DNA of 64,000 nucleotides from Myxococcota bacterium (GCA_036012755.1 DASCPX010000134.1:1-64000), one strand, 5' to 3'; positions 36,275 through 46,312 are shown, counted from the first letter of the stretch. Program-made: numbers and translations. Notes: generated from the letters alone by a model not told the origin.

Positions 36275-38155
36275 GTGCGCTCGGCCCCGCTGCTGTTGGC
36301 CCTCTGCGGCGCCTCGCTCGGCTGGGGAGGGGTGATCTGCGGCGAGCGTCTGCGCCTCGAAGCTGGCCCGCCTTCAGCCCGCACCGACCACCCAGAGACC
36401 CCGCTGGCGCGCTCCCAGGGCGAGGGAGCCGCCCTGCCTGGGACCGGCTGGCCGCTGGCGGATCACGGCATGTGGACCCTCCGGGATTCGTCGGGGGTGA
36501 AGGCGCGACTGAGCCTTCCCCCCGGCGCCAGGGTCGAGCTGGTCCTGGCCCGCCGCCACGGCCAGGACGCCTTGATCCTCAGCCGGACCGGCGAGGCCGT
36601 CACGCGACTCGTCCGCAGCCAGGGAGGGCGCACCTGGGAGCTCGAGTGTGATGGCACCCTGCCCCCACCACCGGAGGGTGTGTTCGAGGTCGCGCTGTCC
36701 CAGGATGGCGAAGTGTCCGCCGGCATCGACGGCTCCGAGGTGCGGTGCGCACAGGCAGCTCCTGCGGTGCGCGACCTCCGCCTCGGAACGGGAATGGCGC
36801 GGGTCTCCTTCCTGGAGGTCAACGACGAGATCGCGCCCGGGCCGGCCTGGGGCCTGCGGCTGCTCGGCGCGGCCCTGGGGGCGATCCTGTTGGGAGGGCT
36901 CGGCTTGCTGAGGCGGAGTCGTGCGGCGCTGGTCGCCACGCCGCTGTTGTTCTGCGCCCCGCTGGCCTACGGCGACCTGGCCTCCTGGCTGCAGGCGGCG
37001 CGCATCCAGACGAGCCTTCCGATCACCTGGGCCTTGCTCCTGCCCCTGGTCTTCGCCTCGGTCCTGGTTGCCGGCGCCTGGGTGCTCGACTCGGCGCGCA
37101 GGGGGCGGCGCTTGCTCGCCGCAGTCCCGGCCCTGGCGCTCGGGGCCTTGCCGCTGGTCTGGAACCCGACCGCCGGGGCCTTCACCCTGTTGCTCTCCGC
37201 CTGCCTGGCTTTGTTGATCTGGGCCAACGCCAGGCGCCTGCGCGGCTTCAACCTGATCAGCCTCGCCTGCGTGCTCGCCGCGGTGGTCTGCGCCGAGGCG
37301 GCAATCCGCGCCACGCCCACCGGGGCCTCCTGGGGTGGGTTGTCCGCCCGCGAGACCGCCGAGCTGGACCGGGACTTCGTCGAGCTGGAGGAGAAGCGAG
37401 AGCACCGCGACTGGCCCGACAAGCACTACCCGGTCGTTCCCACTCCTCGAGACGGCCGCATCCGTGTGGTCGCCTTCGGAGGGAGCAGCACTGGCGGGGC
37501 CTTCGTCAACGACGACCTCGACGAGTTCTACCCAGCCGAGCTCGAGCTGCGCCTCGGAGGGGTGGCCCAGGTCGTGAACCAGGGGGTCGGCGGGTGGACC
37601 ACCCTCCACATTCGCCGCTACCTGGAGACCCGCGTCGAAGAGGTCGACCCCGACATCGCCATCCTCTACGTCGGCCACAACGACCTGCTCACCCAAGTGC
37701 GGGTGCCTTACGCCGAGGCCTTCGCCCAGTGGCAGCGAGAGGGCCTCGCGTCCCGGATCTCCGGCCTGCTCGCGGACTTCCGCCTGTACCAGGGTCTGCG
37801 CTTCGGTGTCGGCGCGCTGATGGGCAACGCCCGGGCGGTGGCGGTGCCCCTGGACGACGCGCGGGACAACCTGGAGGCCATCCTCGCTGTCTTCGCCGAG
37901 CGGGGCACACGCAGCCTGCTCGTGCGAGAGGCCATCTCGTTGGAGCGCGGAGCGCTGAACCCCTATGGCGAGCTGCTCGCCGAGCTCGCGTCCGACCGGC
38001 CGGACGTTCGCAGCCTCGACGCGGCGTCGCTCCTCGAGGACCCAGCCCGGAGCAGGATGTTCGTGGACAACGTGCACTTGACCCGCGGCGGCCACGGGGT
38101 CCTGGCCCAGGCCCTCGTCGATGAGCTCCGGGCCAGCGGCTGGCTGAACGAGTGA
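36275..38155 (+). CDS. Membrane protein with C-terminal SGNH/GDSL hydrolase domain
   Basis: Central TM block; FGGSSTGG, NQGVGG, YVGHND, VDNVHLTRGGH. Confidence 0.8.
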   Translation: MRSAPLLLALCGASLGWGGVICGERLRLEAGPPSARTDHPETPLARSQGEGAALPGTGWPLADHGMWTLRDSSGVKARLSLPPGARVELVLARRHGQDALILSRTGEAVTRLVRSQGGRTWELECDGTLPPPPEGVFEVALSQDGEVSAGIDGSEVRCAQAAPAVRDLRLGTGMARVSFLEVNDEIAPGPAWGLRLLGAALGAILLGGLGLLRRSRAALVATPLLFCAPLAYGDLASWLQAARIQTSLPITWALLLPLVFASVLVAGAWVLDSARRGRRLLAAVPALALGALPLVWNPTAGAFTLLLSACLALLIWANARRLRGFNLISLACVLAAVVCAEAAIRATPTGASWGGLSARETAELDRDFVELEEKREHRDWPDKHYPVVPTPRDGRIRVVAFGGSSTGGAFVNDDLDEFYPAELELRLGGVAQVVNQGVGGWTTLHIRRYLETRVEEVDPDIAILYVGHNDLLTQVRVPYAEAFAQWQREGLASRISGLLADFRLYQGLRFGVGALMGNARAVAVPLDDARDNLEAILAVFAERGTRSLLVREAISLERGALNPYGELLAELASDRPDVRSLDAASLLEDPARSRMFVDNVHLTRGGHGVLAQALVDELRASGWLNE

Positions 38156-39810
38156 CACGCGAGCGCTTCCTGGCCCCGCTGGTCGCCTGCGGCGCGACGC
38201 TGGTGCTGACGGCGCTGCTCTTCTGGCCTCTGCCGTTGGAGCTGGCCACGTCCCAGCCGGACAGCGCCTTCACCGGTGGTCAGACCTGGGGCATGAGCCA
38301 CATCGCCCGAATGCTCGTCGGGGACTTGCCCCTGTCCACGCGGACCCTGCACCTCGGCTTCCCTCAGGAGACGAAGGCCCAGTTCCTGGGCTGGGTGCCC
38401 GCCCTGCTCGCCACGCCGCTGCAGCCGCTGCTGGGACCCATCGCCTCCTTCAACATCCTGCTCTTGATCTCCCCGGTCTTCGCGACCGCAGCTGCCTACG
38501 TCTGGCTGCGCAAGAGCACCGCGGCGGAGCGCTGGACCGCCGCCCTGGGCGCGTTGTTGTACGCGAGCTGCCCATACCTGCTGAGCAACATCGCCTCCTG
38601 CAACCTGGACAAGATCCAGATCTGGTTCTACCCGGCCTGGCTGGCGCTGGCGTGGTGGATGCTCTCGAGCAGGCGCGGCTGGTGGGCGCTGCCGGTCTTT
38701 ACGCTCCTGGGCTCGGCGATGGTCTTCACCGAGCCCTACCCAGCCCTGTTCCTGCCCTTGTTCGCCGGCCCGCTGCTCCTGGGCCGGGCGGTCCTCGAGC
38801 GCTCCTGGCGTGTCGCCGTTCGATCCCTGGCCGCGCTGGCGAGCACCGGCCTGGGCATGCTGCCCGCGCATGCCTACTACACGCGTGGGTCCATTCACGA
38901 CCGGAACATGCTCTTCGAGCCCGCGGCTGTCCTTCGACACCAGACGCCGCCAGCGCTGCAGGAGCCCGTGGCCACCTTCGAGAACCTCTTGTTCGGCCCT
39001 GGCGGAGGCGTCCCGGAGCCCACCGACAACGTCCACGCCTGCACGATCGGGCTCGCCCTGCTCGTCGCCGTCCTGCTGCTCTGTTGGCGACCAGCCCGGG
39101 GTCGCGGGACGGGCCTGGCGTTGACCCTGCTGGGGCTCGTCATAGCCCTCGGCCCCCAGCTCATGGTCGGCGGCCAGTGGCGTCTCGAGCCGCTGACGCA
39201 GCACCCCTTCTACCTGCCCATGGAGCTCCTGGAGCGCGCCGGCTACCCCCTGGTCCTGGGCGGCCAGTACTACCGCGCCGCGCCGGTGGTCTTCCTCGGC
39301 GTGGTCACCCTGTTGTGCGCCGGCCTGTCCCTTCGATCACCCAGGATCCGCCTGGCTGCGTGGAGCCTCGTCCCGCTCTCCCTTGCCCAGGGGCTCTGGA
39401 CCACCGGCCCCCACTGGCCCCATCCAATCAGGCCGATCGCCAGCCTCCCGCTGCTCGAGCAGCTCGCCGAACTGGGCGAGATCTCCGACGGGGTCGTGGT
39501 GCTCCCGCTGGCCGTGGACCAGGTGGAGTACGGGCGGCGGGCCTCGGCTGCCGCGGTCTACCGACACCCGAGCACCGTCGTGCTGCGCCACATCCTGTTG
39601 CCCGAGATGATGGGGCATTTCCCCTGGGCTATCGCGCTGCAGGAGGATGGCGTCGTCGTGTACCGGCAGGAGGGTTTCCGCTACGCGCTCTTCTACAAGC
39701 ATGACGTCTCGAACACAGATCCCCACTGGCTTGGCTACGAGGCCCACGCCGGAATGCTCGGAGAGCCGATCCTCGAAGACGAGGAGATCGCTGTCTTCGA
39801 GATCAGGTGA
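38152..39810 (+). CDS. Polytopic membrane protein, GT-C/YfhO-like
   Basis: GTGA-coupled start; QTWGMSH, LGFPQE, CPYL, IALGP, YYRA; paralogous to three neighbours. Confidence 0.7.
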   Translation: MTRERFLAPLVACGATLVLTALLFWPLPLELATSQPDSAFTGGQTWGMSHIARMLVGDLPLSTRTLHLGFPQETKAQFLGWVPALLATPLQPLLGPIASFNILLLISPVFATAAAYVWLRKSTAAERWTAALGALLYASCPYLLSNIASCNLDKIQIWFYPAWLALAWWMLSSRRGWWALPVFTLLGSAMVFTEPYPALFLPLFAGPLLLGRAVLERSWRVAVRSLAALASTGLGMLPAHAYYTRGSIHDRNMLFEPAAVLRHQTPPALQEPVATFENLLFGPGGGVPEPTDNVHACTIGLALLVAVLLLCWRPARGRGTGLALTLLGLVIALGPQLMVGGQWRLEPLTQHPFYLPMELLERAGYPLVLGGQYYRAAPVVFLGVVTLLCAGLSLRSPRIRLAAWSLVPLSLAQGLWTTGPHWPHPIRPIASLPLLEQLAELGEISDGVVVLPLAVDQVEYGRRASAAAVYRHPSTVVLRHILLPEMMGHFPWAIALQEDGVVVYRQEGFRYALFYKHDVSNTDPHWLGYEAHAGMLGEPILEDEEIAVFEIR

Positions 39811-40018
39811 GTCCACCCCGCACAGTTCGGTCAGGCCGGGCAATACCGTCCACTGCCGGAGGGTGCGTGGCCTTGTCCATAGCCGAAGACAGCCATTTCG
39901 ATGACCGGAACCGGCCATTTTCTGGCTCACACTATCTGTGTGATTTCCAGTAGTTGTCGGCCTGCATTGGATGTCCGGACCAGGGGGTACGGTCTGGGTA
40001 GCAGAGGAACAACCACGA

Positions 40019-40336
40019 ATGCAGGGAACCCGAGCCCAACAGGGTCTGCGACGCCTCTGTGGCGCCTTGCTGGTTCACGCCGCGGTGGAGGTGCTCATCT
40101 GGCGGGAACCGGAAGACGGGCCGGTCCAGACGGTCTTCGTCGAGCGCGACGGGCTCCAGATCCTGGCCCGGGCCATCGACCTCCGGACGATTCGAGTCCG
40201 GGCTCGAAGGATCGACGACCCGCCGGGCAACGAGGACCACCTCTTCGACACCGTGGTCCCCGAGTGGCCAGGGCAGCGCGAGAGCTGGGCCAACCGCCAG
40301 GCGATGCTCATGGTGCGCTTCGTCTCGAGAGACTGA
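40019..40336 (+). CDS. Hypothetical protein
   Basis: GAGGA upstream of ATG; GC3-biased codons; converges on next gene. Confidence 0.55.
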   Translation: MQGTRAQQGLRRLCGALLVHAAVEVLIWREPEDGPVQTVFVERDGLQILARAIDLRTIRVRARRIDDPPGNEDHLFDTVVPEWPGQRESWANRQAMLMVRFVSRD

Positions 40337-40338
40337 TG

Positions 40339-40965
40339 TCAGGACCCCCAGATCTCCAGCCACTCCGGGTCCGGGTTGAAGAAGAGCACCTCGACATGAT
40401 CGAGGTGGGAGGTCGCATTGAACTCCGAGCGGGCGATGTGGGTCGAGATGGCGCCGGTGATCACGTGCTGTCTCGGGCTCGGATCGTCGGGGCACTGCTC
40501 GAAGCGGATGCGGACCCTTGGCGGCCGTGGGATCTCGCTCACGAAGGCGGCGACGCGCACGCAGGTGCGCTTCACCGCTTGGGGCGACATGTGCTGGAGC
40601 ACGACGGTCAGTGGCACACCCGGCGAAGTGTCCGGCTCGAGGCGCACGTTGTTCCCGAAGCCGAAGCCGCGGGCGTGGGCCAGGATGCGACCGCGGGACA
40701 GCGGGAGCTCCCTCCGCTCCGGGGGCTGCTCCTTCTTCGGCCGCCTGCCGGAGTGACGCTTGGGGCCTTCCTCGGGCTTCGCCAGCAGGCCTCGGGCGAT
40801 GTCGATGCCCACGAGCGCCAGCCCCAGACCGACCAGCACGGCCCAGGCGGAGGTGTGAGGGACCGCCTCCACGAAGTCCAGCGCCAGCGCCGTCTCGCGG
40901 TCGATGACGGTGAAGTACCCGACGACCGCGCCTACGACGATGAGCAGGATTCCAAGCGCCTTCAT
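40339..40965 (-). CDS. Hypothetical membrane protein (2 TM plus soluble domain)
   Basis: Two hydrophobic N-terminal helices; normal codon bias. Confidence 0.7.
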   Translation of the reverse strand: MKALGILLIVVGAVVGYFTVIDRETALALDFVEAVPHTSAWAVLVGLGLALVGIDIARGLLAKPEEGPKRHSGRRPKKEQPPERRELPLSRGRILAHARGFGFGNNVRLEPDTSPGVPLTVVLQHMSPQAVKRTCVRVAAFVSEIPRPPRVRIRFEQCPDDPSPRQHVITGAISTHIARSEFNATSHLDHVEVLFFNPDPEWLEIWGS

Positions 40966-40977
40966 GGCGGCCCCACT

Positions 40978-41598
40978 CTACCCGGAGAGGAGCTCGCCGA
41001 GGTGTGTCACGAGGCTCTCGACGACCCCGTCCCACTCGGGCGCCACGCCACGCTCGCCTGCCATCGAGGTCATGATCCCGGCAGTGAGGCCGCAAGGATT
41101 GATGCGTCCGAACCAGGCCAGATCGGGATCGACGTTGAGGGCGAGACCGTGCCAGCAGACCCACCGGCGGCAGGCGATGCCGACGCTCGCGACCTTGCGC
41201 TCGCCGATCCATGCCCCTGTGTTGCGGGCATCGCGAGTCGCTCCCAGGCCGAAGTCGGCGCAGGTGCGGATGCAGGCCTCTTCGAGGTTCCAGAGGTGGC
41301 GATGCAGGTCACGCCTGCCCTCTGGCAGCTGCACGATCGGGTAGGCCACCAGCTGGCCTGGGCCGTGCCAGGTGACGTCGCCACCGCGCTCCACGGCGAT
41401 GACGTCCATGTCCCCTGGGGCGAGCACGTTCGAGGCGCTCGACCTACGCCGGCCCAAGGTGATGACCGGACTGTGCTCGACCAGCAGCAGGGTGTCTGGG
41501 ATCTGCCCGGCGATGCGCGCCGCGAGGAGCTCCTCCTGTCGGGCATGCGCGAGGGCGTAGGGAACGCCCCGACCGAGATCCTCGATGATCAGAGGCAA
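40978..41598 (-). CDS. lipB: Lipoyl(octanoyl) transferase
   Basis: LLVEHSPVITLGR, RGGDVTWHGPGQLVAYP, KVASVGI, HGLALNV, INPCGL; start TTG 41598 or CTG 41592. Confidence 0.93.
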   Translation of the reverse strand: MPLIIEDLGRGVPYALAHARQEELLAARIAGQIPDTLLLVEHSPVITLGRRRSSASNVLAPGDMDVIAVERGGDVTWHGPGQLVAYPIVQLPEGRRDLHRHLWNLEEACIRTCADFGLGATRDARNTGAWIGERKVASVGIACRRWVCWHGLALNVDPDLAWFGRINPCGLTAGIMTSMAGERGVAPEWDGVVESLVTHLGELLSG

Positions 41599-42155
41599 GC
41601 GAGGACATCGTGGTAGACGTCCTCGACGGACTGCCCGGCGTCGACGCGCACGACGCGCTGCCCCCCTGCGACGAGCAAGGCCAGGGCTCGCTCGTAGGAG
41701 TCGCGTATCGCTGTCAGCTTCTCCAGGGACTCGAAGCGATCCCGCACCCCCCCGCGAGCGTCGATTCGCGCCAGGCAGCCTTCGACCGAGAGCTCCAGGA
41801 AGACCGTCACGTCCGGGGCGCGGAAGGCGGAGTTCAGCTGCCAGACATGCTCCAGCGGCGCAGCGAGGCTCTGGTAGGCGAGGGAGGAGGCCACGTAGCG
41901 GTCCGTGACCACGGACTTGCCCGCGGCCAGCAGGGGCTCGATCTCGCGCTCGAGGTGGTCCCGGCGATCGGCGGCGAAGAGGTAGGGCAGGACCCCCTCT
42001 CCGAGCATCTCTGCGTCGGCCAGCGCCGCCCGGATCAGCTGGCCTATCGGGCCGGTCGAGGGCTCGCAGGTCTCGTGGGCACCCAGCGCGGAGCAGAGCA
42101 GGCGGACCTGGGTGGTACCGCCGGAGCCGTCGAGTCCTTCGATCGCAACGAACAT
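41589..42155 (-). CDS. tmk: dTMP kinase
   Basis: IEGLDGSGGTTQ, EP, LFAADR, TDRYVASSLAYQ, PD, DRFE. Confidence 0.88.
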   Translation of the reverse strand: MFVAIEGLDGSGGTTQVRLLCSALGAHETCEPSTGPIGQLIRAALADAEMLGEGVLPYLFAADRRDHLEREIEPLLAAGKSVVTDRYVASSLAYQSLAAPLEHVWQLNSAFRAPDVTVFLELSVEGCLARIDARGGVRDRFESLEKLTAIRDSYERALALLVAGGQRVVRVDAGQSVEDVYHDVLACL

Positions 42156-42177
42156 GCGATTGGCTAACCTTGCGCTG

Positions 42178-43461
42178 ATGCTTCCGTTCTGTGCCTTTCT
42201 CTCCGCGTCCCCCGTCCACCATCAGCCCCGAGGGCTCGCGCCCGCCCCGGACACCGGCGAGACGTGCTGGGGCCAGCTGGGCGGGAGCCAGCTCACCAGT
42301 GAGCACTTCGCCATCGAGTGGGCGACCGGCACGATCGCCTCCGAGACCGCGCAGGAGGTGCTGGACCACTTCGAGGAGGCCTGGGACTTCCAGGTCGAAG
42401 AGCAGGGATGGCTCTCTCCGGTGGGCAGCGAGGACTACCTCCTCCTGATCCAGCTCAGCTCCGGCAGCGGCACGGCCTACACCTATGGGAGCGAGTGCCC
42501 GGATGGCCGCGAGATGGCGGTCTTCCAGCTCTACGTCGACGAGCCCGACCTCGCGAGCCTCAGCGCCCACGAGTTCAACCACGGCGTCCAGGGAGCCTAC
42601 GGCTTCGCCCACGAGCCCTGGTTCTGGGAGGCCACTGCGACCTGGGTGCAGTGGCACGCTGTTCCCTCCGAGGGAGCCTGGGTCGAGGACCTCATCCGGC
42701 GTGGCTACCTGAGACAGCCGCGCTTCGGCTTGACCCGCTCCGATCGCGACAACGACGACCACGCAGCCCACCAGTACGGGATGGCGCTGTTCATCGAGAG
42801 CCTTCCCGAGGGCATGGTCCAGGACCTCTGGACCAGCTCCCTCGGCCGCGACGAGGTCTTCGCCTGGCCAATCTCGGAGGCCTTCTCGGAGATCGGCGAG
42901 GACCTCGACGAGCACTACCTCACCTTCGTCGAGGCCGCCGCCACCGAGCAGCTGGGCGTCGACATGCCGGAGGCGACCTCCGCCCTCGCCCAGCTCCCGA
43001 CCGAGACCAAGGCACCGGACGGCTTCTGGCCGGAGACCCGCGGCCAGTCCTTCTTCCACCTGGACAAGGCGGCGGTCGACCCGGACCATGGTGACGTCGC
43101 GCTCATGGTCGACCTGGACCCCGAGGGAGACTTCGCGGGCTTCCTCGTGGCCCAGCGCGAGGGCGCCTGGGAGGTCCAGGACATCGAGTTCCTCGACGGT
43201 GTCGGCGAGGTGGTGCTCGATGACCTCTCGACGACGGACCAGGGCGCCTGGCTGGTGCTCACGCCGCTGGCTGGTGAGCTGGAGCAGTGGCTGTGGTTGC
43301 TCACCGCCGAGGGCGTGGGAGACCCGCCGGAGAACGCGCCCCGTCAGTCCAGCGGGGCCAGCTTCGAAGACGCGGGGGGCTGCGGTCTCGGGCCGATCCT
43401 GCCAGGCGGCGCCTGGGTCGTCGGGCTCCTGCTGCTCAGGCGGCGACCTCGAAGCGCATGA
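42178..43461 (+). CDS. Putative zinc metalloprotease (HExxH) with MYXO-CTERM-like sorting tail
   Basis: AHEFNHGVQ, WFWEATATW, HQYG; C-terminal GGCG..hydrophobic..RRRPR. Confidence 0.7.
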   Translation: MLPFCAFLSASPVHHQPRGLAPAPDTGETCWGQLGGSQLTSEHFAIEWATGTIASETAQEVLDHFEEAWDFQVEEQGWLSPVGSEDYLLLIQLSSGSGTAYTYGSECPDGREMAVFQLYVDEPDLASLSAHEFNHGVQGAYGFAHEPWFWEATATWVQWHAVPSEGAWVEDLIRRGYLRQPRFGLTRSDRDNDDHAAHQYGMALFIESLPEGMVQDLWTSSLGRDEVFAWPISEAFSEIGEDLDEHYLTFVEAAATEQLGVDMPEATSALAQLPTETKAPDGFWPETRGQSFFHLDKAAVDPDHGDVALMVDLDPEGDFAGFLVAQREGAWEVQDIEFLDGVGEVVLDDLSTTDQGAWLVLTPLAGELEQWLWLLTAEGVGDPPENAPRQSSGASFEDAGGCGLGPILPGGAWVVGLLLLRRRPRSA

Positions 43462-43873
43462 GACGCTCGACTTCGCGCAGAGCGCCGATGGCCTCTGCCA
43501 TCACGACTCCGCGGTCGAGCACGCCGACCAGCCGACGATTGGCGTCGACCACGGGCAGCTGCTCCAGGTCGAGCACGTTCATCATCATCGCTGGAGACGA
43601 CAGCGGGTCACCCGGGCGACAGACCGCCGGCACGTCCTGCATGCACTCGGAGACCGGCGCCTCGAGCCCCGGGTCGTCGAGGAGCTGACCGTAGACCCCG
43701 CCGTCGACCTGGTCGAGGATGGCGTCGCGGTGGATGACGCCCACCAGGCGCCCCTCGAAGGTCACTGGCAGCGACTCGAGCTCCTCCAGCTGCATCGCGA
43801 CCAGGGCGTTCTTCAAGGACCGGGTCGGCGAGGTGGTGACGGGAGCGGTTTCCATGCTGCGGGAGACGACCAT
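43436..43873 (-). CDS. CBS domain pair protein
   Basis: LPV..GRLVGVI and LPVVD..LVGVL repeats; AGAGG RBS. Confidence 0.85.
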   Translation of the reverse strand: MVVSRSMETAPVTTSPTRSLKNALVAMQLEELESLPVTFEGRLVGVIHRDAILDQVDGGVYGQLLDDPGLEAPVSECMQDVPAVCRPGDPLSSPAMMMNVLDLEQLPVVDANRRLVGVLDRGVVMAEAIGALREVERLMRFEVAA

Positions 43874-43938
43874 CTGTTGACCTCTTGGGTGTCGTCTCGG
43901 ACCGCGGCTCGCTGCCCTTGAGCGGAATACGCGGTGAG

Positions 43939-45942
43939 ATGACCCTCTCGCTGTTCCTCTTCTCTTTCTCCCAGGCACGCGCCGACGACATCCCCTTGAT
44001 TCCACGAGAGGTGCTCTTCGGCAATCCAGACCGCGTCCAGCCCCGGGTGTCCCCCGATGGCGAGCACCTCGCCTTCCTCGCCCCACACCAGGACGTGCTG
44101 AACGTCTGGGTCGCACCCCTGGACGAGCTCTCGGCTGCGACGCCGCTCACAAGCGTGACCGAGCGGCCCATTCGCAGCTTCTCCTGGGCCGAGACCAGCG
44201 AGCACGTCCTGTACTCCCTCGACAGCGGCGGGGACGAGGACTTCCACGTCTTCAGCCAGGCCATCGTCGGGGGACCCGCCCTCGACCTGAGCCCCTACGA
44301 CGACGTCACCGCGTTCATCCAGCAGACCTCGCCGGATGACCCCACCCACGTGCTGATCGGCATGAACGATCGAAAGGCCCGCCTCCACGACCTCTACCTC
44401 GTGGACATCACCAGCGCGGAGCGCGTGCGGGTCGAGAAGAACAAGGGCTACCTCGGCTTCGTCACGGACGACGCCTTCAACGTGCGCCTCGCGACGAAGT
44501 TCCGCCTCGACGGGGGCATCGAGACCTTCGTCAAGAACGACAAGGGGAAGTGGGAGTCCTACGACGTCGTCGGCATGGAGGACTCACTGACCACCCAGCA
44601 CCTCGGCTTCGATCGCGAGGGCACGACCCTCTACAGCATCGACAGCCGGGATCGGGGGACAGCCGCGCTCTATGCCACGGACCTCGCCACAGGTGAGCGC
44701 AGTCTGCTCCACGAGGACGATCGCGCCGACATCTCCGACGCGATGGTCAACCCCAGCACCTACGTCATCGAGGCGGTCGCGGTCACCTACGAGAAGACCG
44801 AGTGGACCGTGCTCGACGAGGGCATCGCAGGGGACCTCGCCTTCCTCGACCGTGTCGACGACGGCGAGCTCGAGGTGGTCAGCCGAAGCTCCACGGACGA
44901 AGACTGGATCGTCGCCTTCACGGACGACGACGGCCCGGTCCAGTACTGGCACTACGACCGGGCCGAGGGCCACACGCGCTACCTCTTCTCCAACCGCTCG
45001 GAGCTGGACACACTCCAGCTCGCTCCGATGCATCCGCTTGTCATCGAGGCTCGGGACGGCCTGGAGCTCGTCTCGTACCTGACCCTTCCCGTTGGCACGG
45101 ACGCCGACGGCGACGGTGTCCCGGAGACCTCGCTGCCGATGGTTCTCCTGGTCCACGGTGGGCCCTGGGCCCGGGACCACTGGGGCTATCACAGCTACCA
45201 CCAGTGGCTGGCCAACCGCGGCTATGCCGTGCTGTCGGTGAACTTCCGCGGCTCGACCGGGCTGGGCAAGGACCACCTCAACGCCGGCAACCTCGAGTGG
45301 GCCGGCAAGATGCACGATGACCTGATCGACGCGGTGGACTGGGCGGTGGAGGAGGGCATCGCCACGGAAGACGAGGTCGCGATCATGGGGGGCAGCTACG
45401 GCGGCTACGCCACCTTGGTGGGCCTGACGTTCACGCCAGAGGTCTTCGCCTGCGGGGTCGACATCGTCGGTCCGTCGAACATCGTGACGCTGCTCGAGAC
45501 GATCCCGCCCTACTGGAAGCCGGCCATCGAGCTCTTCGCGAAGCGGGTCGGAGACCACCGCACCAAGGAGGGCGAGGCCTTCCTCCAACAGCGCTCACCC
45601 CTGACCCATGTAGACGAGATCGTTCGACCTCTCCTGATCGCCCAGGGTGCCAACGACCCACGGGTGAAGCAGTCCGAGTCGGACCAGATCGTCGAGGCGA
45701 TGCAGGCTCGCGACATCCCGGTCACCTACGTGCTCTACCCGGACGAGGGGCATGGCTTCGCCAACGAGCCAAACCGCATCTCCTTCGCCGCGGTGAGCGA
45801 GGCCTTCCTCGCCGAGCACCTCGGCGGTCGATCCGAGCCCATCGGTGATGCCTTCGGAGAGTCCTCGATCACGGTCCCCGCTGGAGCGGAGCTGGTTCCA
45901 GGGGTGAGCGAAGCCCTGCCGTCCCCCGAGGAGTCGGAGTAG
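43939..45942 (+). CDS. S9 family (prolyl oligopeptidase-like) peptidase
   Basis: VHGGPW, NFRGSTG, GGSYGG, GANDPRV, DEGHGF. Confidence 0.93.
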   Translation: MTLSLFLFSFSQARADDIPLIPREVLFGNPDRVQPRVSPDGEHLAFLAPHQDVLNVWVAPLDELSAATPLTSVTERPIRSFSWAETSEHVLYSLDSGGDEDFHVFSQAIVGGPALDLSPYDDVTAFIQQTSPDDPTHVLIGMNDRKARLHDLYLVDITSAERVRVEKNKGYLGFVTDDAFNVRLATKFRLDGGIETFVKNDKGKWESYDVVGMEDSLTTQHLGFDREGTTLYSIDSRDRGTAALYATDLATGERSLLHEDDRADISDAMVNPSTYVIEAVAVTYEKTEWTVLDEGIAGDLAFLDRVDDGELEVVSRSSTDEDWIVAFTDDDGPVQYWHYDRAEGHTRYLFSNRSELDTLQLAPMHPLVIEARDGLELVSYLTLPVGTDADGDGVPETSLPMVLLVHGGPWARDHWGYHSYHQWLANRGYAVLSVNFRGSTGLGKDHLNAGNLEWAGKMHDDLIDAVDWAVEEGIATEDEVAIMGGSYGGYATLVGLTFTPEVFACGVDIVGPSNIVTLLETIPPYWKPAIELFAKRVGDHRTKEGEAFLQQRSPLTHVDEIVRPLLIAQGANDPRVKQSESDQIVEAMQARDIPVTYVLYPDEGHGFANEPNRISFAAVSEAFLAEHLGGRSEPIGDAFGESSITVPAGAELVPGVSEALPSPEESE

Positions 45943-45952
45943 CCTGGTACAG

Positions 45953-46312
45953 ATGCACAACACGATTCGAAACACCCTGTTGGTCACCATCCTCCTCACG
46001 GTCACCTGGCTCGGCTGGCGCTTCGTCAACACCACGACCGACGCTTTGGAGGGCACGCAGGAGGTGCTCGAGGTCGACATGCTGTCCGAGCGCGCGACTG
46101 ACAAGGCTCGCGCCAAGGCGGCCGAGTGCGACGCTGGCGACGGGAACGCCTGCGGGGCCCTTTGGAGCTGGCACGAGCTCGGGAAGGAGGGTCTGCAGAA
46201 GGACATCAGGACCCACAGACGTCTGTGTCGAAAGGCCTGCGAAGGCGGCGACCAGTCCGCATGCAAGGAGTGGGAAGAGGGCAACAAAAACTGCCCGATG
46301 GGCTCGACCTGA
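45953..46312 (+). CDS. Small membrane-anchored Cys-rich protein with Sel1-like repeats
   Basis: TM segment then CDAGDGNAC and KACEGGDQSAC. Confidence 0.65.
   Translation: MHNTIRNTLLVTILLTVTWLGWRFVNTTTDALEGTQEVLEVDMLSERATDKARAKAAECDAGDGNACGALWSWHELGKEGLQKDIRTHRRLCRKACEGGDQSACKEWEEGNKNCPMGST

Noticed and set aside
24185..39810. Genomic island integrated at tRNA-Arg or tRNA-Ser
   Set aside because: No integrase and no duplicated tRNA 3' end seen in the window; codon bias looks native.
40978..43089. 703-aa LipB fusion suggested by the ORF track
   Set aside because: The upstream part overlaps tmk out of frame and the metalloprotease antisense; LipB motifs begin only near 41598.
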